Positions 47,111 through 56,504 of a DNA stretch of 64,000 nucleotides are shown here, piece by piece (position 1 is the stretch's first letter; each line of letters begins with the position of its first letter). Under the pieces are notes generated by a model that did no database searches, was not told where the DNA came from, and was given only the letters and a program-made list of their open reading frames with translations. Source of the stretch: Caldisericia bacterium (lineage in GTDB: Bacteria; Caldisericota; Caldisericia; JAAYUI01). The DNA lies in NCBI GenBank assembly GCA_963674785.1, contig OY771555.1, positions 2,144,001 through 2,208,000 on the forward strand, written 5' to 3'. The translations under genes and the position numbers were made by a program.

Positions 47111-48829
47111 TTGAGTTTCTGGGTCAGGCTCGTCCTGACCTTTACACTTTGTCTTGTTGTTACACTCCTACCGTTGGGAGTGTATATGCACTATTCTATT
47201 ACAGACCTTCAAGGCAGAACTCTTATTGAACATGCTGTAAACCAGGCAAACTGGATTTCTCATGATATTTCTTTTGAGCTTCGAAGGGTCAATCTTCAAG
47301 AGATTGAGTTCTTTTTAAAAGGGAAGTATCGCAACCTTAATTGGATAATCGTTGATATTGATGATGAGATTATCGCCAGTACAAATAGACTGACTCAAGT
47401 AAACTCCACTAATTATCCTGAACTAGAAAGCTCTAAAGATGGAGCAATAGGTCAAGGTATCAGAGATATTGACGGGGTACTAAACGTTGTTGTTGCTCTC
47501 CCAGTCTTTTTTGAAGGAGAGATTGTTGCACATCTAATAATTCATTACCCCGCAAGCTCAATAAAAAACATTGGACCAAATATTGTCAAGTTTATAGCCT
47601 CAACATTTATCATCGCTTTGTTGCTCGGGATCATGCTCATATATTTCAGTATGAGATACCAAACCAAACCATTATCAATGCTCATCGATGATGCAAGAGC
47701 TATAAGTGATGGTGATTATGACAGGGTATTCACAACCTCTGGAACAGATGAGATTGCTCAACTTTCTAGAGCCCTACAGATAATGGTCACAAAACTGAAA
47801 TCTGCTCTTCATGTAGCAAGAGAAGAGCAAAGCAAATTTGATGCAATCTTCCGTAACATGATGGATGGATTGATTGTTGCCGATTCAGACGGAAGACTTC
47901 TTGTTGCTAACGCAGCATTTTTAACAATGTTTGGTGTCTCCCTTGCTGAGCTTTACGGTTTTGATGTAAGACAATGCGATTTACCTCAGGAAGTAATTGA
48001 CTCAATTCTCTTCCTGGAACGAGAGAGAGAAGTAATAATAACAAAACCTTCAAAAAGAGTTATCAGAATCAGAACGTCACCCATAGACGATACCAACGAA
48101 AAAATCGGCTCAATTACAATTTGCGAAGACATTACAAGACTAAAAGAACTGGAATCATCTGAAAGAGAATTCACACAATATATCAGTCACGAGTTGAAAA
48201 CTCCTCTCACATCACTTTCCGCATCTGTTGAAACCCTTCTTGAATTGCCAGAAGAAAAAAAGAACATTAGAACAAGATTCTTGAAAAACCTTGAAAAAGA
48301 CATCGAAAGACTGAAGAAGCTCGTAAATTCAATAATAACATTCCAAAGAACAAGAGACAAAGCAGAGGAGTTTGTAAGATTTGAAGCTGTAGAGCTAATA
48401 ATGGAGGTTCACAGTAAATTCCTTGCCTATGCACATAAAATTGGAGTTCACTTAGATATGGAGCTTCCTGAGGATGAAATCCACGTTATTGCAAACCGCG
48501 ATCGAATTACACAGGTTCTCATGAATCTAACAGACAACGCAATTCGATTCACACCAAAAGGTGGCAAAGTGAGTATTGGACTTGTTGAAGAAAAAAATAG
48601 AGTCCTCTTTTACGTCGAAGACACTGGAATAGGAATACCACCACAATATCTTGAAAAGCTTGGGGAACGATTTATCAAGATCCCAAGAAAGGATCATGAT
48701 TACGACACACAGGTTGGACTTGGTCTTTCGATATGCATGGAGATTCTTGGAAAACATGGAAGCAGACTTGACATTAACTCAATCGAAGGGGAAGGATCAA
48801 AATTCAGCTTTTACCTCAAGAAATCTTGA
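47111..48829 (+). CDS. PhoR/WalK-like sensor histidine kinase (2 TM, HAMP, PAS, HisKA, HATPase)
   Basis: DEIAQL HAMP, MMDGLIV PAS, SHELKTPLT, NLTDNA, DTGIGIP, GLGLSI. Confidence 0.92.
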   Translation: MSFWVRLVLTFTLCLVVTLLPLGVYMHYSITDLQGRTLIEHAVNQANWISHDISFELRRVNLQEIEFFLKGKYRNLNWIIVDIDDEIIASTNRLTQVNSTNYPELESSKDGAIGQGIRDIDGVLNVVVALPVFFEGEIVAHLIIHYPASSIKNIGPNIVKFIASTFIIALLLGIMLIYFSMRYQTKPLSMLIDDARAISDGDYDRVFTTSGTDEIAQLSRALQIMVTKLKSALHVAREEQSKFDAIFRNMMDGLIVADSDGRLLVANAAFLTMFGVSLAELYGFDVRQCDLPQEVIDSILFLEREREVIITKPSKRVIRIRTSPIDDTNEKIGSITICEDITRLKELESSEREFTQYISHELKTPLTSLSASVETLLELPEEKKNIRTRFLKNLEKDIERLKKLVNSIITFQRTRDKAEEFVRFEAVELIMEVHSKFLAYAHKIGVHLDMELPEDEIHVIANRDRITQVLMNLTDNAIRFTPKGGKVSIGLVEEKNRVLFYVEDTGIGIPPQYLEKLGERFIKIPRKDHDYDTQVGLGLSICMEILGKHGSRLDINSIEGEGSKFSFYLKKS

Positions 48830-48837
48830 TATATCAG

Positions 48838-50079
48838 TTACTCTTTGATCCCTGCCCAAACGGCAACAAGTTCATCGTCGATAGTTTCAAAACAAACTGA
48901 GAGAGGTATATCCAAAGGGAATCTTAATTCCAGTTTGTCGTTCCCCGCAGGAAGCCAAATTCCAATATTTGATTCAAAGGATCCGTTTTTAATCTCTGGA
49001 ATCCCTGCAAACCCAAGACCTTCACTCCAGGTAAAAGTTTGTGCATTTTTACCAGAGGTGACGAGTGTTATTCCGAACACCCCAGAGTACTCATCAACTA
49101 TGACATCATTTGGAAATTCATCTATCTCAATACTCGAAACAACCTTACTATCAAGTAAAGAAAAAATTGCCAACTCAAAACCAGTTTCTGTACAAATGGC
49201 TGCGGCTATTTTTTCGTCACCAATGAAGTCGAGAGCACATACATCACCCTTGATATAATTGAACGCACCGAGAGCCCATTTCCCTTCCCATAAAACTACT
49301 GGCTCTTTTGTGTTTTCAAAAACCTTTATAGATTGAATTCCTTCATCAGAAATATAGTTTTCAATCTCGATATCATTTTTGTTGCAGAACAGAAATCTAA
49401 TCTCAGCATCATTTGATTTGTCTTGCACGTATTTTTCACTCGTGTTTTCAATTCTTGGAAGAAAATCCCACTTTGGTTGTGTTTTGTACCAGTTCGACTC
49501 AGACAGTCCCAATATTGGATCGGACTTTGTGCCAAGTGTGCAAACACCATGTCTGCCATCACCATCATTACAAACTGCAAGAGCAACAACATCTGAATAG
49601 ATAATACCATCTTCAAATCCAGCAAGTGGAAGTATCTTATTCCAATCACCCGTTAATGGAGTCTCTTCCAAGTCAAATGTTTTAATATCTCCACTTTTAA
49701 TATCAGCTATGAAACAAATCGATTGAATTGAATCAGGAAGAGATCTGATTCTGAAACCATGGTCAGGAACTCCAGGATTGATCTCTTCAACCCTTTCACG
49801 TTCAGTATTCATTTTTATGGTAAAAAGATTGTTATGACCTTCGGAAACCTCAATATCGGAAACATTGGGAAGGAAACCAACCGATTCAACTCTCACATTA
49901 TATATTCCAGGATCAAGGATATATTCCTCGACCGGGACATCTATCTTCTCACCATTCAGAAAAACACTAGCATCAGACTGGTCAATCAGTAGGGTAAGAC
50001 TTGTTTGGTCACCACATGAGATGACCAAACAAGTAGTAATCAAAAGGACAATCGATAATATTACTTTGTTTCGAACCAT
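48838..50079 (-). CDS. PEGA-domain lipoprotein
   Basis: Lipobox VISC; ASVFLNG...LDPGIYNVRVESVGF PEGA-like motif; unknown C-terminal region. Confidence 0.7.
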   Translation of the reverse strand: MVRNKVILSIVLLITTCLVISCGDQTSLTLLIDQSDASVFLNGEKIDVPVEEYILDPGIYNVRVESVGFLPNVSDIEVSEGHNNLFTIKMNTERERVEEINPGVPDHGFRIRSLPDSIQSICFIADIKSGDIKTFDLEETPLTGDWNKILPLAGFEDGIIYSDVVALAVCNDGDGRHGVCTLGTKSDPILGLSESNWYKTQPKWDFLPRIENTSEKYVQDKSNDAEIRFLFCNKNDIEIENYISDEGIQSIKVFENTKEPVVLWEGKWALGAFNYIKGDVCALDFIGDEKIAAAICTETGFELAIFSLLDSKVVSSIEIDEFPNDVIVDEYSGVFGITLVTSGKNAQTFTWSEGLGFAGIPEIKNGSFESNIGIWLPAGNDKLELRFPLDIPLSVCFETIDDELVAVWAGIKE

Positions 50080-51482
50080 TCCAGGAAAGCCGCATATTCG
50101 TTTGAATAATTCTTGTCACCAATTATAAGCTTGATTGTGTAGAAATGATCATTATTCATATAAGTGGTGTAAATCATTGTTTTCTCGCCATCTTCAACTT
50201 TATATTGAAGTGCATCTTTTGTCCCAAGTTTTACATTTTTGGTTTCAGAAATTGATAATTGTGGATCAGTTTTATATATCTCTTGAATACCACCAAGAGT
50301 TAAACCCGCATAACTTAAAGCTGACTGTACATCGATTGCAATAAATGATCCATTTCCATCAGGAGGATTGATAAATGATGCCATCTCTGAGACCTCTTCA
50401 TAATTCCATCCCATTGGAAGAACGATTTTAAATCTATCATTATCAATCGTGTCTCCTTTTCTCACAACTGGATTATCGATTGGGTCAACATCAACATTAT
50501 TATTCTGGTTCTGATTCGAAGTATTATTTCCATCATCTGATCCATTGTTGTTATCTGATATAGCATCGGGGTCATTTTCAGGAATGTAATTGAAGGAGGA
50601 GATAATCTCAGAAATTGTTTCTTGATCGAGTTCAGAAGAAATATAAATCTTTATAAGCTGTCCATTTGTCAAAAGAAAATACTCTTCAGATATATTTTCA
50701 AATGTTACCAGCTCACCAACAGATTTCTTGTTGCCAATTGAATCGTCATTCAAATCAGTAAGGTATTCAAAAAGAGCGTCGGTTGCTTCAGGATTGAACT
50801 CCTCAGATTTTACAAAATCAATCTGTATCAATTCATTCCCATCTGAATTTAGGAATTTAACCTGATCATCGGTTTTTTCAATCTCCCAGTTTGAATGATA
50901 CTTAAATTTCCAATATCCCTGATCGTATGTCTGAACGGTCCACTCAACAGGTTGTTGTTTTTGGGCAATCCAGTTTGATAAATTTACTGAAACACTGGTG
51001 AAGATTAATTCCGCAGTATCAAGCTCAGATTTCTTATACTTACCAGGTTGTAATTGAGAAAGGTAGATTGCTCCATCTATCGGGCTAAACATTATAATCC
51101 CCCTCCCTCCATTCTCATCTTTGATTCTGAAAAGATTCGAGGGAAGTGGATTGTTTGTTGAGTTAACCATTAACTCAACTTCTTTTTCTTCAAGTTTTTC
51201 GTATCCGCCAAGCTTTGCATTCATAAAAGCTTCGATTTTTGAAAGATCACCCAATTCAGAGTCTTCGTTCTCAATTGCGTCAAACTGAAGCATTACACCT
51301 TCAAAAACAAGCTTTGTACTATATTCATCTTCAACAACATCCCAGGATTCGGGATACCCAATGGTTAGATATTTTCCATCATACTCTTTTGTAAGTTCAG
51401 GTATTGAAGAACCACACGAAACAACAATCGACAAAACTACAAGCAAGGTTAATACCAATGTCAAATTTTTCCTAAGTCGCAT
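50061..51482 (-). CDS. Lipoprotein with three PsbP/DcrB-like modules
   Basis: Lipobox VVSC; modules start LTIGYPESW, WKFKYHSNW, FKIVLPMGW; Asn/Asp-rich linker. Confidence 0.7.
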   Translation of the reverse strand: MRLRKNLTLVLTLLVVLSIVVSCGSSIPELTKEYDGKYLTIGYPESWDVVEDEYSTKLVFEGVMLQFDAIENEDSELGDLSKIEAFMNAKLGGYEKLEEKEVELMVNSTNNPLPSNLFRIKDENGGRGIIMFSPIDGAIYLSQLQPGKYKKSELDTAELIFTSVSVNLSNWIAQKQQPVEWTVQTYDQGYWKFKYHSNWEIEKTDDQVKFLNSDGNELIQIDFVKSEEFNPEATDALFEYLTDLNDDSIGNKKSVGELVTFENISEEYFLLTNGQLIKIYISSELDQETISEIISSFNYIPENDPDAISDNNNGSDDGNNTSNQNQNNNVDVDPIDNPVVRKGDTIDNDRFKIVLPMGWNYEEVSEMASFINPPDGNGSFIAIDVQSALSYAGLTLGGIQEIYKTDPQLSISETKNVKLGTKDALQYKVEDGEKTMIYTTYMNNDHFYTIKLIIGDKNYSNEYAAFLEWFETK

Positions 51483-51527
51483 TCACAGCTCCTTCCGCTG
51501 ATTTATTAACAGAAAACATCAGCAGGG

Positions 51528-52037
51528 TCAAGGCACAGGTGTATCAAGAACTTGATTTATTTTTAACGAAGCCAATATGTCTTCGAGTTCTTTTTCTATC
51601 CGATTCTCCATATTTGCGTATGTGAAAAAATAGATATCTGGGGCAACAGAAAAAAAGAAGTTGTATGTCGTTGTATTCTGAGTAATTTCAACCATTGGAA
51701 AAGATAAATCACCAAACTTAACTTCTTCTGGACTGGACGCATTTTCCAGACCCTCAAAAACACTATTTGCATAATCCATCGCTGTCATATCTATCCCACT
51801 AATCAAACTAACGACAAGAACTGAATGGTTATGATAAGTAGAATTAGACTTGATCAAAATTGAATTTGATTCACCTTCTTCGGAAGTGACCGTCCAATCA
51901 ACTGGTCTATCAAAGGAAATCCCTTCAAATATTTGTTCTGTTACTTGAAGCTCTGTATCGACACTTGCAGTCTGCCCACACGAAACCATTGAGAACAAAA
52001 CAAATAAAATGACTCCGACATTGAAAAATCTTCTCAC
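51528..52037 (-). CDS. Lipoprotein, one PsbP/DcrB-like module
   Basis: Lipobox MVSC; ISFDRPVDW...ILASLKI; GTGA-coupled to upstream gene. Confidence 0.7.
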   Translation of the reverse strand: MRRFFNVGVILFVLFSMVSCGQTASVDTELQVTEQIFEGISFDRPVDWTVTSEEGESNSILIKSNSTYHNHSVLVVSLISGIDMTAMDYANSVFEGLENASSPEEVKFGDLSFPMVEITQNTTTYNFFFSVAPDIYFFTYANMENRIEKELEDILASLKINQVLDTPVP

Positions 52038-52633
52038 TTTTTCACCACTATGGAATCAAGTAAACCTTGCAAGTTGAAACCTGAAGCGGGAACCTCAGAA
52101 ATAATACTTATCAGAAGAATATTTTCATCGCCAATATCTGAGACCAGCTGCCACAAAAAGTTTTCAAATTCCGCCCCCTGAACAAGACCTCTTACTTCAA
52201 AAAACATCAGACCATTCTTATTTGAGAGGGTTCTCATTTCTGGATTCATAATAGTTGACGATGTTAATGTTGTATATTTCTTTGAGTTCAGGTAACCATG
52301 AGTATCAATTAGTTGGAGAGAAATCCCTGAAATTTCCACATTATCGATATTTGATGGATATATTGAGACCGAATTATCATTTTTATCACTTATAAACCAT
52401 CCCGATGGAATCTCAAAACCTAAAAAATCATTTTCAAAAAAGCCATCTGAATCATTTGTTTGAAAATCCTTAGCGGATAATTCAGTTTCAATTTGTGAAC
52501 TTTTATTCTCAACATTCTCATCAGTTGTTTCCTGCTTATTGCCCTGTCCACAGGAAACAAAAGCAAGCAAAAGACTCAAAACCAAAATCGTGGAGAGAAT
52601 CTTCGTTGATTTACTCATTATTTTATTCCTCAC
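52034..52633 (-). CDS. Lipoprotein, one PsbP/DcrB-like module
   Basis: Lipobox FVSC; FENDFLGFEIPSGW...LLDSIVVK. Confidence 0.7.
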   Translation of the reverse strand: MRNKIMSKSTKILSTILVLSLLLAFVSCGQGNKQETTDENVENKSSQIETELSAKDFQTNDSDGFFENDFLGFEIPSGWFISDKNDNSVSIYPSNIDNVEISGISLQLIDTHGYLNSKKYTTLTSSTIMNPEMRTLSNKNGLMFFEVRGLVQGAEFENFLWQLVSDIGDENILLISIISEVPASGFNLQGLLDSIVVKK

Positions 52634-53640
52634 TTCAATTCAATTGATTCAATAATCTTCGTTGCTCCCTCAGGGATAGTGTTTGAAACAGTTACCAGCG
52701 AAACCATAATTTGATTTGTTGAATCAATACTTGTTATCAGATGATGCTCAAAGTAGGTATTATGGGATGATTGAATTACCTGATACTTTATCCCTCCATA
52801 CTGAGAGGTTCTTTTTTTGCCGTTTGTCTGGGATTGAATTCCAGCAACAAAATCATCAAAGGTTATCGTATCACCTAAATCAACATACTGGATAGAAAAG
52901 GATAGAACATCTAGATTGCTACCAATTTTAGGTTCTAAAACAGTCACCCTTGAATCATCAGATGTCAATTCCCATTCTTTCGGGATTGTAAACTTTAGGT
53001 GTTCATTCTCAAACAACTCATCCTTTGAGGAATCAGTTTCAATATTCCCATTATTGTCAGGAATATTTTCCTGATCTTCTGTTAAAGTGTTTTCATCATT
53101 CGAGTTGTTACCCTCAAGGGCAACATCATTGTTGTTTTCTATTTCTTTTTGAAGGAAGAAATCTGGATTAGTAACCTCAAATGTTTTTATTATATTGTAA
53201 GCAAGGTCAAAACCAGATTTTGAGTTGGGAGTTGGCGCAGTGTAAACATTTACAATATAAAAATCCAGGGGCGAGAGAAGAACAATACCCTTCCCTTTTT
53301 CGGTATCACCAGTGATGATAACTCCCGAGGTTATTTCTTCTAGTTTGTATTCTTTCAACCCGCTTTTAATGGAATCTGTTTTCGATTCAATGCTTTTAAA
53401 GCTACCCTCGCGCGCAGCGGCAAAGGGTTCAACATCAATATTAATCGTAAAATCGTTCCCCTTTATGATTCCACCACTCTCTAATTTTGAGGTTGAAAAA
53501 CCAGTCGGGTAATCTATCTTGAAGAAATCGCCACTCATTGTATTTTCAAACTTCAGTTCAACCTTCTCTGTACATGAGACAAACATCAAAACCAAAACGA
53601 GAAGGAACGAAAGCGAAATCCTTTTTATCTCTTTCATCAT
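52630..53640 (-). CDS. Lipoprotein, two PsbP/DcrB-like modules
   Basis: Lipobox FVSC; FFKIDYPTGF...IIKTFEVTNPDF, acidic linker, LKFTIPKEW...IIESIELK. Confidence 0.7.
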   Translation of the reverse strand: MMKEIKRISLSFLLVLVLMFVSCTEKVELKFENTMSGDFFKIDYPTGFSTSKLESGGIIKGNDFTINIDVEPFAAAREGSFKSIESKTDSIKSGLKEYKLEEITSGVIITGDTEKGKGIVLLSPLDFYIVNVYTAPTPNSKSGFDLAYNIIKTFEVTNPDFFLQKEIENNNDVALEGNNSNDENTLTEDQENIPDNNGNIETDSSKDELFENEHLKFTIPKEWELTSDDSRVTVLEPKIGSNLDVLSFSIQYVDLGDTITFDDFVAGIQSQTNGKKRTSQYGGIKYQVIQSSHNTYFEHHLITSIDSTNQIMVSLVTVSNTIPEGATKIIESIELK

Positions 53641-53711
53641 TTTATATGTTTCTACCCCTATCTCTCCAATTTACTTCATTATAGTAGAAAATAATCACTA
53701 GTTCCATAAAT

Positions 53712-53744
53712 AAAAATACCCGACAGAAATCTGTCGGGTATTTT
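53712..53744. terminator. Symmetric intrinsic terminator inside lipoprotein array
   Basis: AAAATACCCGACAGA-AA-TCTGTCGGGTATTTT perfect inverted repeat. Confidence 0.85.
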
Positions 53745-53771
53745 CCATAAGGACTTTATGTAGCGAAAGTA

Positions 53772-54839
53772 TTACTTTAAGTAGTCTGGTTTTGTAATAC
53801 TGAAAGAATCAAGCATTGACCGGAAAGTTTCTTTATCTCCACCTATTTCAGATCCCTCAGAGGTTCCCATTATAAGTATCCACCAACCATCCATTTCGAT
53901 TATACAATTTGAAACAAGCGCTTCACCCATACTCATTTCAAATAGATTTGCATCTCTTCCAGAAACCTTAATCTTTTCAACACCAAGTTCTTCTTCTGCT
54001 GATACACTCTCATTCTCTTTAGATGCCATTATGGTAACATTGAGTTTGTCAATTGTGAACATAACCATGTCATCGTCACCATAACTAAAATCCATGACCT
54101 CGGCTGAAGATGGATGCTTCACAGTGAAATAGTTTCCAGTATAAAGCTCGTCAAGCTTTCTTCCATCTGAGGAGCTACTTGGTTTATTATCGACGTCTTT
54201 CTCATCAGCAGCATTTGATTTATTGATATCTTCATCCTCTACTGGATGCTCAGCTTCATCCTTATTGGAATAGTCAACTTCTTTTTCTATTGGTTTATCC
54301 GATATATCTTTGTCAGAATTGGTCATCTCCGAGAAAAAATCGGAATCTGTAATTTTAAATGATCTTACAATTTGTCTTGACATCTCAACAATATTTGCAT
54401 CATCAACCGGTTTTCTCACACTATCTATTATTATCCACTTCTCCATAGGAATAAGAACCATTACACCATGGAGACCCTTATTATCACCCTCAATCCAAAG
54501 CGCTTTATGTCCATCAATTGTTACAGTTTTTTTTGACAGATTCTCAACTTCTTCTTCAATGCCTTCAATAAACATATCAAGAGAACTAATATCACCCTTT
54601 TTAGCATCTACAAATGGGATTCCAGCTACTTCAACCTCGAGTCCAGATTTGCTATCAGTCAAAACAGCTCCGTACTCGGTTTCTTTGGCTGAAAAATCAT
54701 ATGTACAATCTATCGTAAAGTATTTACCAGTAAAAGTATTGTTTAAATCTGCCTTTACTGCCTGTTCTCCACCACCACAAGATACTAGAGCCGATAATAC
54801 TAAAAAACAAACGACAAGAAACGCAAAAGTCTTTTTCAT
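53772..54839 (-). CDS. Lipoprotein, two PsbP/DcrB-like modules
   Basis: Lipobox LVSC; FTGKYFTI...IVRSFKITDSDF, acidic linker, YTGNYFTVKHP...LDSFSITKPDY. Confidence 0.7.
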   Translation of the reverse strand: MKKTFAFLVVCFLVLSALVSCGGGEQAVKADLNNTFTGKYFTIDCTYDFSAKETEYGAVLTDSKSGLEVEVAGIPFVDAKKGDISSLDMFIEGIEEEVENLSKKTVTIDGHKALWIEGDNKGLHGVMVLIPMEKWIIIDSVRKPVDDANIVEMSRQIVRSFKITDSDFFSEMTNSDKDISDKPIEKEVDYSNKDEAEHPVEDEDINKSNAADEKDVDNKPSSSSDGRKLDELYTGNYFTVKHPSSAEVMDFSYGDDDMVMFTIDKLNVTIMASKENESVSAEEELGVEKIKVSGRDANLFEMSMGEALVSNCIIEMDGWWILIMGTSEGSEIGGDKETFRSMLDSFSITKPDYLK

Positions 54840-54892
54840 AAATTCCTCTTTTTTTCATTGAATTTTTTCAAACTACTCGACATAAATCTAAT

Positions 54893-55861
54893 TCATTTCG
54901 CCCCAAAATGCAAACTGTCCAGTAACTCAATACTCAAAATATCATCAGCCGCTCTTTTGATGGAATCTGCATCAATCATACCGGTAACAGACACAAGAAC
55001 GTAACCACCTTCAAATGGAATCGTAAGACTTATTGATTTCTTCTTTTCTTTAAGAGTCTCAGACCAGAATGCTGCCATTCCATCAACTTCTATCTCCATC
55101 ACAACCTGGGAGCCGAGGTCAAAGCCTTCCCAATCCTGCATCTTTGAAACATATTGTAACTCACCGAAATGTGATTTCCAATCATCAATATGAACAACAT
55201 TTATTTGGTATTCATCACATTTAAGTTTTGTAATGCTGTCATTACTCGATTTCTCTTCGCAATCAGATCTCAATGTTATCGCCCCGATTTTGTGAATTTC
55301 ATCTGAAAACTCTGGTTTCTGGGATAGATCATATGCTTCATATACTGCTCCCTCAAATGGGATTTCAAAATCTGGATCTGTAAGCCTCAGAGAAAAAAGT
55401 ACAGTCTTTGCAAGATCATAGTCAGATTCATCAAATCCCGATGCAGTACCAATTAACTCCCAACCATTTTTTGGTATAGTAACAGACATAAACGGCCATT
55501 CGTATTCATCTTTTGTGTAACAGAACAAAGCATTTTCTTCTCCAAGTTGAACCTCAGTGAGCTCATCCCAGAAATCCTCACCATTATGCCAAAGTCTGTA
55601 AGTGTCACCATTCCTACAGTTGTCATTCCAATTTGCATATGTTTCAATAAGCATTTTCGAATCCTTTGAAGAAATTATCACACCTGGATTTACATCACCA
55701 ATTTTTATTGGTGAAAAACCATCCGGATAATCCATAGAAAAAAAATCGTTAGCAAAGGTTCTCTCAAGGATGATTCCAGGTGTCGATTCGCTGGGCATAC
55801 TACAAGATGCAAATGAAACCAGTAGCGCAATGTAAATAAATAAATGGATTGTTTTTTTCAT
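54893..55861 (-). CDS. Lipoprotein, two PsbP/DcrB-like modules
   Basis: Lipobox FASC; NDFFSMDYPDGF...DLAKTVLFSLRLTDPDF; second module ends ILSIELLD. Confidence 0.7.
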   Translation of the reverse strand: MKKTIHLFIYIALLVSFASCSMPSESTPGIILERTFANDFFSMDYPDGFSPIKIGDVNPGVIISSKDSKMLIETYANWNDNCRNGDTYRLWHNGEDFWDELTEVQLGEENALFCYTKDEYEWPFMSVTIPKNGWELIGTASGFDESDYDLAKTVLFSLRLTDPDFEIPFEGAVYEAYDLSQKPEFSDEIHKIGAITLRSDCEEKSSNDSITKLKCDEYQINVVHIDDWKSHFGELQYVSKMQDWEGFDLGSQVVMEIEVDGMAAFWSETLKEKKKSISLTIPFEGGYVLVSVTGMIDADSIKRAADDILSIELLDSLHFGAK

Positions 55862-56358
55862 TTTATTGTCACCGTTTTGATTATTCTATGTCCAAGAGCA
55901 AGATCATCTCGAACTTGAGGGTTTATCTGAACATACAAAACCATATCATCGAGTGGGATATAATATCCAAAAACCTCAATAATATCGGTTAGAGTTGTCC
56001 CAGAAAAAGTACAACCTTCATAGTATAGAGATTTGACACCACCAATTTTTTTCGTTTCTATATCAGGCTCAGGCATTCCTTTGGTGACCTTCAAATATCT
56101 TTCTTTGACTGCCAATGTATCACCTTTTTTGAGCTTCTTGTATTCGAGCATCTGGAAAACCATCATAGGATTTGGGTTACCAGTCTCAGAAACGAAAACA
56201 TCAGTACCATCGACCTCATTTACTTCAAAAAGCGAAGGATACTCAAAACCAAAAAAATCATTCTCATAGGTTTTTTCAAAATGCGTGGTACCACACGCAA
56301 GCTGTGTAACCAAAGCCAAAAGAAGTATAAGAAGGAATAGACCTCTAATTTTTCTCAT
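55858..56358 (-). CDS. Lipoprotein, one PsbP/DcrB-like module (first gene of array)
   Basis: ATG 56358; lipobox QLAC; YENDFFGFEYPSLF...IPLDD...IIKTVTIK. Confidence 0.7.
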   Translation of the reverse strand: MRKIRGLFLLILLLALVTQLACGTTHFEKTYENDFFGFEYPSLFEVNEVDGTDVFVSETGNPNPMMVFQMLEYKKLKKGDTLAVKERYLKVTKGMPEPDIETKKIGGVKSLYYEGCTFSGTTLTDIIEVFGYYIPLDDMVLYVQINPQVRDDLALGHRIIKTVTIK

Positions 56359-56504
56359 AAAGAATGGATACAACGAGACTTTCATTTTGTCAACAGAAAA
56401 TTCGAAGACTAAATCAAGATTAACATCGTTCTGGAGTACAACCCCTTGTCAAGATTATTTAAAATGATATGCTTTGACTATTCAATTACTCAAGGAGGAA
56501 TGGC

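Noticed and set aside
46359-48829. Assigning phoP/phoR symbols or linking the two-component system to the lipoprotein array
   Set aside because: No pst/phoU genes or clear Pho-box repeats were seen. The system is merely convergent with the array, so a functional link is unsupported.
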